From Psammoneis japonica (taxonomy: Eukaryota): a stretch of DNA of 64,000 bases. Position numbers and translations under genes: made by a program. Shown one piece after another: positions 23,301 to 35,700 of this stretch. The stretch covers positions 62,001 through 126,000 of the forward strand of contig QPGO01000115.1 in assembly GCA_008632985.1 (NCBI GenBank), written 5' to 3'. Position 1 is the stretch's first letter. The number at the start of each line of letters is the position of its first letter. The notes below the pieces were generated by a model. That model had not been told where the DNA came from and did not search any database. It was given only the letters and a program-made list of their open reading frames with translations.

Positions 23301-26300
23301 GGTTGTGCTCATCATCAACAGGCTCTTCGCTTTTGTCCTCTTCACCCATGCAAGCAGTTGGAAGTTCGCTTGTTTTCTCGTCAATTGACTCCTCCTTGCA
23401 ATCGTCACTTTTGTTCATTGCGAATGACAACAAATCACTGGCGGCCTTCTTCCTGTTAGAACGAGAAATCAATGTGATGATGTCAGCACAATCAGACAAA
23501 AAACAAATGTGATTGCCATGAAAAAGTGACCTCTCTTTGCCGTTCCAGTTTGGCTCGAACTTCATCAATCGACACGAATGGGACTGGCTCCCATTTGCAC
23601 CTTCCAAGCCGCTTGATCGTTGATTGCCCATCAGAGAACAAGAGCAACAGATGCTGTCCGCAACAAAAGACATCGCAGATTCCCATCTTTTCACGAGCTG
23701 CACTCAGGTCACATGGTGAAGACTTGGGGCCATTCTTTCCACAGTCTTCCAAATCAAAATCACCCTCCATCCGTTCCAAGAGTAAATCGCGCTCCACCAC
23801 CGGGACCTTCATTTCCTCCATTTGCTTCGCCACTCCCAACTTGGCTGCCGGGTGGACAAGATTACGAAGGTCAGGGTGAGGATGGATCCCTGTGCCACAC
23901 AGCATCAATGTCGTGTGTGGAGTTCATGCATCTGAACTCTCCACAATCAGCACCTGCATGATCCCATGTTTGGACCACGGCTTTGAACATGTCCTCGATC
24001 GCCTTGTGGTCAAACGTTGGCTTGCCAACATTGTCATTGATCCAGTCGATGACAACAACCAGTCCGCCAACAAGCAAATCCATCAAACCATTGAGTTTTG
24101 TCCCGCACTCTGCCACATGAACCTCCTCGAAATCGAGTCCCGGGCTCTGCATGCGTCGGTTGTTGCGATCCCCCGCAATGCTGCCGAATGGCCTCGCAGC
24201 TTCTCTGAAGCAATGAAGGACACAATCGCCAGCCATGAAAGGACGCTTCACAGCATCTGTGTTGCACAACAAGCAGTGAAAATGGGAGAATCCGGTTTGA
24301 CACCCAGCCACAACGGCGCAACAAAAGCAATCGTGTGCACCAACCTCATCGAGGTTGTCGATGATTGCCGAACAACCGCACGAGAAATTAAAGTCCTTCA
24401 CGATGGCAAACGGAAGACGTTTCCTCGGCATGACAACAACGGGACACTTGACTGCGTCGGACGGAAGATTTGGCTTGCCAATTTCCTCTTCCACCCACAC
24501 AGAGTGAGGGTCAAGGAAAAAATCTTTGATGTTTCTGTGGGTTGGCTTGCCCGACGGAGGACGACAAGGGCCACGGCATCTCATCATTTCTGCAGCATGT
24601 GACAGATCAAGTTTTGCAAAATGACCATGCACACGCGATCGGAACTCAGCACACCCATGCACCAAACTGACACAGTTTCCAGCATTGCCTTTGGATGCAG
24701 TGACAACCTTCAATGACCAAGAGCGACCAACAGCGTCTCGCAGTGACGAGCAAAGAGCACCAGTCTTGGTGTGCCCATCCATGTCACAATCCTCTTTGTC
24801 AATGTGCAGCTCGGTTTTCGAATTGACGGATTTTTTGCCGGACGACGAGATGCACTTAACTTGAATTTCCACGCCTTCCCTTCTACATGCTTGGCTCCAA
24901 CCATCTTACGGAGCTCAGCCGCGAAAAGACTGTCACGGTGCAGGTCATGGAAGGAGCGCATTTCTTTCAATGCAACAAGATTGATTTCGTCCTCGCAGAG
25001 TTGCGTGGTGTCCAAGATTGAGGGCGTCATTGCCTGCACATCCTTTGGAAGCTTCTCCCACTTGTCCCTGCCAAAGACAGCACCAGGCTTGTGAGCAGGT
25101 CCCACTTCAGCTGACTCGCCGTCTGCGACTTTGTAATTCTGGCCACAACAACCAAAACAGATCCAACAGCGCAACTTGCATTCTGGTCCATCCCTTTTTT
25201 TGTTTGGCTCGCCATGTTCCAACACTGCACGGAGCATCAACGACACACTGATCGCAATCCAAAAAAGCATTTCTGACACATCTTGTCCGTGTGTCGCAAA
25301 TGAGTGACCACGTTGGAAAAATGAGAGGTTGACTGGGTCGGGTGAGCAATCGCAACCATCGATTCTTGCGTCGGATCATTGGGAGCTGTGCCGTTTTCAA
25401 ATCCATGCATGAACTTGCGGAGGTGATTCACCAAGCAGAAATCGGAGATGCTGTGGAACAACTGGTGCTTGACACAGTTCCCCTTGAAGGAACCGGAAAT
25501 GGGTGTTTCCTCAAAGATGACAAGGTGAGAATGTTGTGACTTCACCTCACCCGGAATCGCAAACGGAGATGGTTCAGGAAACACTTTCACAAGCTCTTCT
25601 TTTGTGAAATTGTCTGGCGGAGGAGGAGGCGACTGATGAGTTGCACCGAGGGTCGGCCACTTTGTTCGGGAATGTTCAAATTGTTCCTCGAGAGTCGGCA
25701 CATCTTGGAGAATCAGCGATTCGTTCTGAGAAACATCAGAAGGTTCACCATCTTGGGGTTTTTTGAGACTGGGGCTTGAGGAGCAAAGGGAGGCGGCCAA
25801 AGAGGTGGCAAGAAGAATGGAAGCATTGGAGACAAGTAGAGGAGCATGAACAATCAATCAAACAATGTGATGGATTCACACCATTTGGGTTTTTTTGTTT
25901 CCGAGCATTTTTCGCAACGGATGGAATTGCATTGCCGATTTCTTTCTTCTTGCACTGAGTGGCAAAGTCACGAAGCCTGGCTTTCCACACAGCCTCAAAA
26001 CAATCCCTTGCAGCCTTGCTTTTGCCGGAATCGTCAGCGGCAGAAACCACACGATCAATTTTCACACATCTTAAAAGAGTCTCATCGACATGTGTTGCAC
26101 GCATTTGTTCTCGCTCGACATCGAGCATTGCCAGTCGCATGGGCTTTTCCCAAGAATTTTTGTGTTGGTGGAACAACAACTTTACGAATTCAGGGAAGGA
26201 CATGGGGCATTCGTCTTTGGTTGTCTCACAGCAACCAAGAGCCAGGAAATTCTCCAAAAAGTTGATGCAAGTTGACGTCTCATCACATTCGCCGAACAGG

Positions 26301-27830
26301 GAGTGCAGCCAATGACTGCAATCGCCATTCCTTTCAGGTGCGTGCGGCAGAATCTTGTCACGAAGAATCAAAAAACCAATGTGAAGGCATTGTGCGTAAC
26401 GCAAAACCTTCCCTTCAAAACTTCTCAGCTCAATGTGCTTGACAAGTGGCTCTCCCTTTGGGTCGCACAATCCGGGATCATGGAGAAGCTTGCCAACATG
26501 GAAATCTTTGCCATCATGTTGGTTGCAATGTCTGTTGATTTTGCCTTGTCGCCGACGACTTTCACATCCTCTGCTTTGGGAGCACGGTGACACTCCAATG
26601 CATGAGGATGTTTGGCGCCTTGACTGGAATGACTCCATCCTTTTGTGGAAAGAAAGTGCAGCAAGCTCTTGCACCCAAGTTCCTTTGCAACAATGCGGTT
26701 CACAGCCATCAGTTCTGCAAAAAAATGAGGTCTGCCCTTCGACTTTTGCCACACATGGGCAAGGCGATCCAATTCGGAGAGGGTCACAAGTGGAATCGCG
26801 GTGAAACTGAACCTTGGATTTCACCGTCTCGATTGTCGCTTTGACACGGCTCCGCTCGTTGCTGTCGATCACTCCAAAACCGTTGGCAAAGAGAGACTCA
26901 AATGCGGCCTCCTCGAGGTGGGAATCATTGTTGTCTTGCAACAGAGAGGTGACCGACAGGTCACGCGGCGCCATGGTTGCTGTTCCAACACCAAAAAATC
27001 TGGTTTCTGTAGAAACACACCAGAGTGGTGTGTGGGAGAAGTCACATGCGCGCCTGGTGCGATTTGGAGTTTTAAACACAAAAACCTGCCAGACGCGTGT
27101 GCAACTTCTCCCAGGGAAATCCTGCATGAGATTGTGCCGGGAAAGGGCAATGCGGAGTGTAGAATTGATGGAAGAAAATGTTGTGCGGAAAAGCATCAGG
27201 AGAAAGGGTGCATGCACTGGAAAACAACATGGATTTCTACATGCGCGTTAAGGTGCGTGAAAAACACGTGGGTGCCTTCAAGTGACGCGTGCGAACAATC
27301 ACAAAGAAACATTCAGAAATGGAGACAGCACAGAGAGAAGTCAGAAACATGGATCCAAAACAAAGTGACACAACAGAAAAAAAAAACAACAACAACAAGA
27401 GATGAAGGCGACGGCGACGGGATCGATGAAAAAGAAGGATTCGGATGGAAAGATGCCAGAGACGGTGAAAACAGGCGGCGCCAAGACGAGGAAGGAAGAG
27501 AAAAATGGGACGGGCAAAATGAAGAAAGACAAAAAGAAGCCGACGACACGACATCAAGAGGGGAGCAGCGACACGATTCAGCATTTCGAGGGACCTCTTC
27601 CTCTTGATGATGTTCACCCAAATGCAAGAAATGCAGTGTGGCTTTTTTGGAACGGTGACGAGGAAACATCCAACGCGGCAGCGGCACATTTGAAATTCTT
27701 GCAAGAGAGCGGACAAGACATGTGGAATGAAGAGGATGATGTGGACGACTGGGCAAATTGGAGCACAGTTGTCAATTGAACAATCAGTGCACACTTTGCA
27801 TGATGAAAATTTCATTGCATGCAATTGCAA
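20400..27830 (-). mobile_element. Degenerate multi-ORF element (possible Plavaka/CACTA-like transposon or viral-type insert) with cargo ORFs
   Basis: Chain of long, nearly Tyr-free minus-strand ORFs (25745-27217, 25237-25857, 24710-25279, 23871-24872, 22439-23206, 21347-21718); LFPQVKFL and plus-strand LRVVPVKAI...WSDLF recall Plavaka-associated proteins (my recollection, unverified). Confidence 0.4.
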
Positions 27831-28099
27831 TGTTTGGCTTGTCGTTAAAGATCGTCAGTTGTTGTGAAAAAGGCAGAGCACAAAAATTAAAAAACATCTG
27901 TGTTCAAACATGAAGAACAGCAGGAGATTGACAATTGGCCAAATGACAAAAACCGTCATGTGCAGACAAGTAGATTTTATAATGTGGCAATGTGTTTTTA
28001 TCATGTGTGCAGATGTTATGATGTCGTGCACTCTGATGCTTCACAGATGTTCACAAAACCAACCAAGGAACATCTCACAATGTCAAAGCTCTGAGGAAA

Positions 28100-30030
28100 A
28101 ACTCAGCACTGCAAAATGTTGGGACACACAGCCTCTGCCATGACAGGGGTGCAACAGCGGCCACAAACTTCCAGACAGTCAGTTCCTGCAGCTTTCAGAA
28201 GCACCATTGGAGAAAACACTTCTGCTCACATGGTGCATGACAAGGAAAGCATCAGAAACAGACCTTGCAAGATCTTGCACAGCTGTGTCAAAGTGGTTGT
28301 TGGTCTTGTTTTCATCAGCATCAGCAGCTGCATTGAGTGCAAATGGAGCACTGCTCTCTGACAGAGAGCACATGATCATGTGCTCAGAGAAGGGCGCCTG
28401 CATGCACCAGCTTTGTCCAGCATCTTCAAAAAAGCAACACATTTGGAGACTTTGCCCCATCTTTAAAGGTCTACATGTGCAGGGCAATGGTTTCCAACAA
28501 GTTCAAGTTGTTGAGATTTTTGCCCAAATGCCCCCCTTGACTGCATTTTTTAATTTCTTGTCTTTTGACATTTTGGGAGGAACCAAGGGGGAAGCTGGGA
28601 GAGCAAGAGAGGTTGGTTGCTGGCTTTGCAAAGATGTCAGCAGGGGGCACCATGGTTGGAGACTGTCATCACTCATGTGTCTTGGAGCTGCTCAGAATGG
28701 CACAGCAGTTGGCTGGCAACTCAGTGGGCTTCTCATTGGGGCATGTTTGCAGAAGACTGAGGGACATGGTGAGCTGACACTTTCAGAGTTTGGAGAGTGC
28801 CAGAGGCATCAACCAGAGGTGCCAACAAAAGACTGGGCAATGTGGTCCACACATCCCTTCCACCTTGTTCTCAGCTCATCCTCTGGGCCCTGCATGGCCT
28901 GTGCCAAAGACTCTTCTCCCTGTTGACAAGATCCATGTAAGATGGCTGTCACTGAGTGCCATTTTGCATTGCCCACCACACTGTTGTTGCAGAGTTGCCA
29001 TTGTGTTCAAAATTGAAAATTCTCCATCAGCCATTTGGCATTTGGGTGCAGGGTTTTGACAGCTTTTGTGCTGCTGGTGGTGGAGGCTTGTGTGGGGAGC
29101 ACACACCCACTTCAAGTTTGGGCTCCTGAGCAATGCTCTTGTCACTGCAATTGCTGTGCCAGTGCTGTGAGTCTTGGTCTGGGGGACCATTTTCTCCAGT
29201 GGGTCACATGTCTCTCCCACTCATCTGGATGGCTTTTCTCTTGCTGATGTTGGTCAGCTCAGAGCTGGAGTGCAGATTTCCAAGAGCCACCTTCAGTTCA
29301 CTCACAACATTTTCATGCTGCACACACTGCATTGTCTTCCTGCTGTTGGCATTTTTTTTCACAGTGGGGCATTTGTGACTCCCATTCTGTGGTGGGCTTG
29401 CCACTTGCTCCAGGGCTTCTTTCTACCCCTTCCAAACATCTTGCACAATGGGCTTCATTGTTGTTCAGACCAGTCAAAAAGCTCTCTTGACAGGGATCAT
29501 GAGTCAGTTGGGGGCTTGCCTGCCCCAGCAGTTTCACAAAACTTTTCTTCCATTTCCTGCTGCCATGTCTGAGACCAAGTTGACTTGCCAACACAGTTGG
29601 CACAGATTTGGTCCAGCAAGACACACTTGCCTTTCATGCCCACCTGTCAGAACACCTCTGCACCTGAAAACTTTTGTTGTTGACTCTGTGCAGCAGCGAG
29701 GGGATGGAGGGTGATTTCAATTTGGAAGCTGTTCTGCCGCACCAAGAATTTCCAAATGTCCTTTATCCAGGAGGTGTGATGTGATGATCCAACAATCAAC
29801 TCTTCTGGGAGCAGAAGGCAGACAAGCCAGATCAGAGTGCCCAACAAAATGAGCATGGGGAGTGCAACTTGAAGGGCTCGCACTGCTGGCATCAGGGCTG
29901 GAGGCAGTTGCTCTGGTCTGGGCGTCTCCAAACCAAAGCGTAAAATGAGCCAGGTCAATTCAATTGGGCAAACAAAGGAAGAAGTCGAAGATTCATGACC
30001 AGGTCCACAGAACGCAATTGTAGATAGCAC
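28100..30030 (-). mobile_element. Possible degenerate non-LTR retroelement fragment
   Basis: SWIKDIWKFL...IEI and ALSDS (SDGS-like) fragments; TpA/CpG-depleted. Confidence 0.3.
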
Positions 30031-30151
30031 GGTAACTAGCTAGCAACTAAATGCTGAATAGTGAAGAGGATTCGTTCCCCCAGTGGTTTCACAGTAACAA
30101 ACTACACTATGCGTTACAATCAGCGACATTTCCAACCGTCTGGCTCAGACG

Positions 30152-31465
30152 CTAGTCCAACGGGATGCCAATCTTTTTCATCAATGCAACTCCGATAATT
30201 GCACCAGTGAGATAGTAGCCGAAGGTAGCTTCAGGGGATAAGACAGGATTCTCCGCATCTCCCAGTATTGAGTTGTAGGAAGAAAGGGTGACCTCATCGA
30301 AGAAATAGTCTTCATCTTGCAAGGCCAGGTCAGTCTCACTCTTTGTCACCTTCACAGACGGAGATTTCTTGCGACAAAACCCAATGGTGCGGTTACACAC
30401 GCCGGGCAATTGCTCACCGAGTTCGCTCTCGCTGAGTAGTAATTCTCGCTGCCGAGCCGCCAATAAGAACCCTTGCTGTTTCGTCGCCAAGAGATCAGAA
30501 ATGTGCGTTGAAGTGCCTTGCTTCAGACTAGGGAGGCCCTCGAGAATGTCTTCCCGTTCATCCAATACCTTGATGAAGCGGCCCTGGTAGAAAAAGCCGA
30601 CACTCACGTAGCAAAGAAACAAGGAAGCCAAGGAGGCAAACTCCTTGAGTCCCTTACGCTTTCGGAACACGGCCATTTCGATAAACTCTTGGCATTCTCC
30701 TTCTTCCTCCATATCCTCGACTTGGTCTTCTTTTTCTTCAGATATCCAGCCGAATACGCCTCCCGACAATCGAGCCAGAATTAGGCTGAAAATCAATACT
30801 ATTAGGTTCACGGTCTCGTCCATTCCGAGGTCCTTGGTTGGCTCGACAACGATGAGAGAAAATAATTCAAAGCACGCAACGTGTGTGAAGCAAAAGACTA
30901 GAAGTCCGAACGCCCCAGGGATGGCGTATTTCATTTCAAACTTAGCTTGGCGCCGGAGCCTTTCGCAGAATGGGATTGACGTCGAAGTTCCAGAGACGGT
31001 GGATGACTCTTCATTCTTCTTCTTCTTTGCCGGTGTAATGGTCTCCTTGCTCTTGGTGACAGAAGGTTTGGTTGTGTTAGCTTCACTCTCCTTCTCGTCC
31101 ACTCTGTCATCACTACAGCTCGTAGTCTCCTTCTCGTCCACTTTGTTGTCACTATAGCTAGTAGAGAGCTGAAGCATGTACTTGCGAAAAGATTCTTCGT
31201 AGTCATTCAAAAGCTTCATCTCCTCTTTGCTAGTGGTATTCTCGAGCAGTCTCAACATTCCTTGTCGCACCTTGAGATGCTGCTCGATGGTGTCTTTATT
31301 AGCAAGTTCCACCGTCGATTCTTTGCTGTGGAAGTTCGTCTTTTCGGGTTCAGGGCCGTCTTGGCGTTCTTTCTGACTTGTGCTCTCAGACAACGTTGAT
31401 TTCTGGCTCGTTTCGTCCTCGTCCGAACCATGAACCGGGGTTAGAAGTTTTTGTAAGGGAGCCAT
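30152..31465 (-). CDS. Unknown multi-pass membrane protein, copy A (437 aa)
   Basis: Intact ORF with a charged N-terminus and about 4 hydrophobic segments; near-identical paralog at 40466-41755. Confidence 0.8.
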   Translation of the reverse strand: MAPLQKLLTPVHGSDEDETSQKSTLSESTSQKERQDGPEPEKTNFHSKESTVELANKDTIEQHLKVRQGMLRLLENTTSKEEMKLLNDYEESFRKYMLQLSTSYSDNKVDEKETTSCSDDRVDEKESEANTTKPSVTKSKETITPAKKKKNEESSTVSGTSTSIPFCERLRRQAKFEMKYAIPGAFGLLVFCFTHVACFELFSLIVVEPTKDLGMDETVNLIVLIFSLILARLSGGVFGWISEEKEDQVEDMEEEGECQEFIEMAVFRKRKGLKEFASLASLFLCYVSVGFFYQGRFIKVLDEREDILEGLPSLKQGTSTHISDLLATKQQGFLLAARQRELLLSESELGEQLPGVCNRTIGFCRKKSPSVKVTKSETDLALQDEDYFFDEVTLSSYNSILGDAENPVLSPEATFGYYLTGAIIGVALMKKIGIPLD

Positions 31466-32530
31466 ATCTTCGACGACTTATCAAGTGGTGACAGGTATTT
31501 CACGGTGCTGTTATTTTTGATTGGTTGGTAAACAGGTTCAATTGCAAGTCATAGGTACCGGTAAGGGACTGAGGAGCAAATTTTTGTGTTCTGTCTTGTG
31601 TGGCATGTCCTTCAGGTGTCGTGTCGATGATGGTGAATATTTGAATGATTGTGAGCGCGTGCGTTGAAGGTTGGGCACGGGCGGTGGGGTTCGCAAAAAG
31701 AGGCGGGAAAACTCTCTCTTTTTTGATACTGTGTAGAAAATATACACGACCTCATTATCCATCCGCGACCAAGCAAACCTGATAGTACCTCCATACGATC
31801 TAAGTGGTGATTCCCGTAGAGAATCAGGCGTACCAACGGGACTCGAAGGCAATTTATGTTTACCTCTATAAGATAATTATTACTTTCGATATACATCATC
31901 CATGCTGGAGAACACAAACAAACAGAGCGACGACCCAACGGCACAATACTCCTAATACTTCATAACTGCTTTCCGTTGGCTCCATTATTTGCTTTCCGTT
32001 CAATTTTGAATAACTTTCGTATGTGCCGGTAGTGTGGAAGTTTCAAGCACTTTTGGTTTTGAGGTAGTCGACGTGCGCACTTGCGACCGGTCCGACTGGC
32101 GCAGTTCGTTTTTGGTCATGTCTCTGTGCTGCACCTGCTGCACCGTGCTTCACCATGAATGACCAAATGGTGGATGGAAGACAATTTTGTCACTTCATCC
32201 ACACCAGAACAAGACCCAACACAAACAAACAACACAGCAGCTGCAGACTGAGGGCACTTTACCATCTTGTGTTGCAGCAGTCAAAGCAGCTTGGATTTTT
32301 TGCTTTCACAGAAAATGTGTGCTCAGTGGCGGCGCAAAAGAGACTGAGCTCCCAAAGAGCAAAGCTGTGCTGCACAAGCTCATCACAGCCAGGTGATGCC
32401 TTGGAAACACACACCTCAGGTTGCGCACAGCAAATCAACAAACAGACCAGTGTTTTGGCACATGAGTGATCCAAAACATGTGCTGTTGGTGACTCTTTGG
32501 GAAAGAAAGCAAAGAATCCTTGCTCAGCCA

Positions 32531-32762
32531 AGTCGAAAGACAGTTCTGTCGTGTGACAGGAAGAGAGAAGCTTGCGCAGGTTGTTTGCAATGCAAACAGC
32601 ACCAAGGCATGCAGACATTGTTGTTGTTGCTGTGCTGTTGTTCAAAGGATTGTGGCAAAATTTTGTTGCAATTTTAACAGCTGTTTGAGTGGTCAGCTGA
32701 ACAAATCAATGGGTCTGGGTTGCAGTCATGTTCTGCAACCAGAATGATGTTCAGTTGTGACT
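32531..32762 (-). repeat. 3' LTR of the Copia element (232 bp)
   Basis: Aligns with 39449-39677 (shared gtctgggttgcagtcatgttctgcaaccagaatgatg); adjacent to the PPT. Confidence 0.85.
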
Positions 32763-35700
32763 CTCCTTCTCAACCAAAAGAGCTTGTTCACCAGCCCATC
32801 AGAGCCTTTCTGGCCATGCGGAACACATCTGTCCACAGTCCCTTCATGAACTGATCAGCCAGTTGCTCTAGAGTGCTGACAGGTTGGATGTCAAACTGCA
32901 ATTGTTCGACCTTTGTCCCAAACCAATGATGCAGGACACCAATGTGCTTAGTTCACAGAGACAACTTGGGCACATGTGCAAACTTGAGGGCACGCAGTGT
33001 TGTCTTTGCACACAACGGACGCAGGCAGGATGTTCTGCTTGATGGGCAAGTCATTGGTGCCTTTTTTGGTGAGCTCAAAAGCCTTGGAGAGTGAGTCATG
33101 ATGGGGTTGCGGTGGTCAGACTTTCCAAATGCACAATGGTGGAGCTCCTTCAGAACTTCACAAATGGGGATGAGATTGCACACAGCCTGCAACAGCATGA
33201 CATGCTCCACTTCCACAGTGGACAATGCCACAAGAAGAGTCCGCAGCATGGACACCTGGACAAGTGGACAGCCGGCACAGTGGACAAGGCATCCAGTCCT
33301 GAACTTGACTGAAACTGGGTCTTGCCCATCTTCAACACCAAACAAGCCTGTGAAGTCAGAATTGACATGACAACCAACTCGATGATCTTGCGCAGGCTTG
33401 AGCATGAGACTGTCAGTGGCAGCAGCCTTGAGGCATCAGAGCATCCGCTGCTTCACTGCAGCAGCATGGGATGCTCGAGGTGCAAACAAAAAACATGCAA
33501 CTTGATGTGTTGCATGTGCAACATCTGGCCGGCTGTTTGCAGCCAAGTGCATCACCATTCCAACAACTGAACAACAATTGCAGGGTCAACCGAAAGTCAG
33601 GCCATCCTCCGTGTCTGTGCCAACATGTGCAGGAACAGCTGGAGTGGCAGCTCTGTTGCAATCTTCCATTTGGGCAGCGCGCAGGACCTTGTCAATGAGA
33701 CCAGGTTGAGTGAGCAGAAATTGACCATTGGAGAGCTTTTTGATCTTGATGCCAAGAAAGTCACTGACTCCTCCTTCATCTGCAAGTTCAAACACATGGC
33801 GATGCTCATTGTCAGAGACTCCTCCTGGCTTGCAAATTTCCTCCTCCAGAGCTTCTGCTGACACACCAGTGAACACCATGTTGTCAATGTGCATGACACA
33901 CATCATGCCTTCCTTGAAGTGTGGGCATGGGTCTGTGGCTGAAGGTGCCCATCCGTGCTTGATCAAACCATCTCACAGTTTCTCACAAAAACACTTTGGA
34001 GACTGCTTGAGGCCACACAGTCCTTTCAGTGGCTTGAGGACCACATTGAGTCCCAACCTTGGCACAAAACCCTTGGGTGGTGATGGCGGACTTCTTTGGC
34101 AATGTCCGCTTGGCAAAAGGCTGTGGTGTGGTCTGCTTGACATGCAGTCCATCTCTCTTTCAATGCAGCAGTGAGCATGAGTCAAATGCTGGACCATTGC
34201 ACTGCTGGCACGCATGTCTCAAAACAATCTGTGCCCTCTTTCTGCAGATCACCATGGGTGCAGTGCTGGGACTCATGCTTCAAAGGCATTCCATCTGGTG
34301 GCCTCTTAAGTTTGAAAGCCCATGTGCCAGGGAGTGCACACATCTTCAGTGGTGCATTTCACTGCTTTCCAGGCTTGATGGTGGATGAGCACATTCACTT
34401 TAATCTTCATTGCCTTGATCCACTCTTTTGCATCCGGGCCCATCAGAGCATTGTGTGGCAAAGGCACACTGGGGTTCTTGGTCTTCTCACTTGCTGCATG
34501 AGCCCTGGGAATGCCAACATTGCATGCACACCAGCATCCAAAATGGTCTCAAGAGCAGCCAGACAAGCCAGCTGAGCTTGGCATCTCATTGGCACCTCTT
34601 CTTCCTTGACGGAGCTAAGAAAAACTTTGTCCATGAACTTGGCAGAATGGAGCTGTCCCTTGGTTCACCTGGAAGACCTTTGAAGAAGTCCCAACTCTCC
34701 CTCTGAATTCACCATTGGAGATGCTTTGACTGGAGCAGGTGCTGTTGGTTCAGAAGGTGCTTCAGGTGGCGGAAGTTTGTCACTTTCCTGAGGTGGAGGT
34801 GGCTGAATTGGCACAGGCTCTGCAGAGTTTGCAGTGTCTTGAGTTGCAGGTGGGGCTGGGGGCTGAGTTGGAGTTGGTGCTGGAGTCATGGGCACAACTT
34901 GATTTGATGCATCATTGAGAGGAACAGCTGGATCCTGCACAGATGTCGATGGAGTTGGTTGGAAATTGCCTCAAACACAAGTCTCTCTGACCAGTTCTTC
35001 TTGCTCCTTGCATTGGTGTTCAAGAGGAGTGAGCCACTCATTGTGAAGATGGATTGTCTGGTCTTTCTCCAGAGGGATGATGAAAATCAACTGCTTGTGA
35101 CAAAGTTGCTTCCAGTGGTCAGATGGATCCATCTCCCTCTTGATCAATGGTGCAGCAGTGAACAGACAATCAAAAACCACACAATGCTGAGGAGCAATGC
35201 TTCCAGTTTGAAGATTGAGTGCAAGGGGTGCCTTGCTTGAATGGATTGTTCTCAAACCAACAAAAAGAGCATGGTGAGCACGTGGTTGCCATTGAGGCAG
35301 TTTCTTCCCAGAAGCAAGTGCCGGGTCAAGAATGCACGCTGGACAACCCCATGTGTGAATGTCTTGCAAGTGATGCCAAGGCACCATGGAACCGGTGAAA
35401 ATGTCTGCTGGGCAATGCCCTTGTGCATTTGGGGTGATGTTGCAGATGTGCGTGGCACAAGATGCAGCTGTGGGTCACAGTGAACTGTTGGCCCCTCCCT
35501 TCCAATGAATTGATGCATGTGGGAGCATCGCTCTTGCCATGTTGGAGACAGAACAAATGCTGCACTCAGCAACCCTGCTCTGGTGATGGGCATTTGCACC
35601 ACAGATTCAAAGACATTGCTTGTGCTCCCTCACATGCTGGACAAAAGAGTTGGCCTTAAAGTGCCGCTGTCAGCAAGAAATTCTTGAATGATGACCCCAT

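Noticed and set aside
15088..30030. Dozens of overlapping Cys/His/Gln-rich ORFs in all six frames (also at 32-40 kb, 55-56.7 kb and 61-62.7 kb)
   Set aside because: TpA loss removes TAA/TAG stops and creates TGY/CAN codons, so these are by-products and not metal-binding proteins or an alternative genetic code; neighbouring real genes use TAA/TAG stops and Tyr normally
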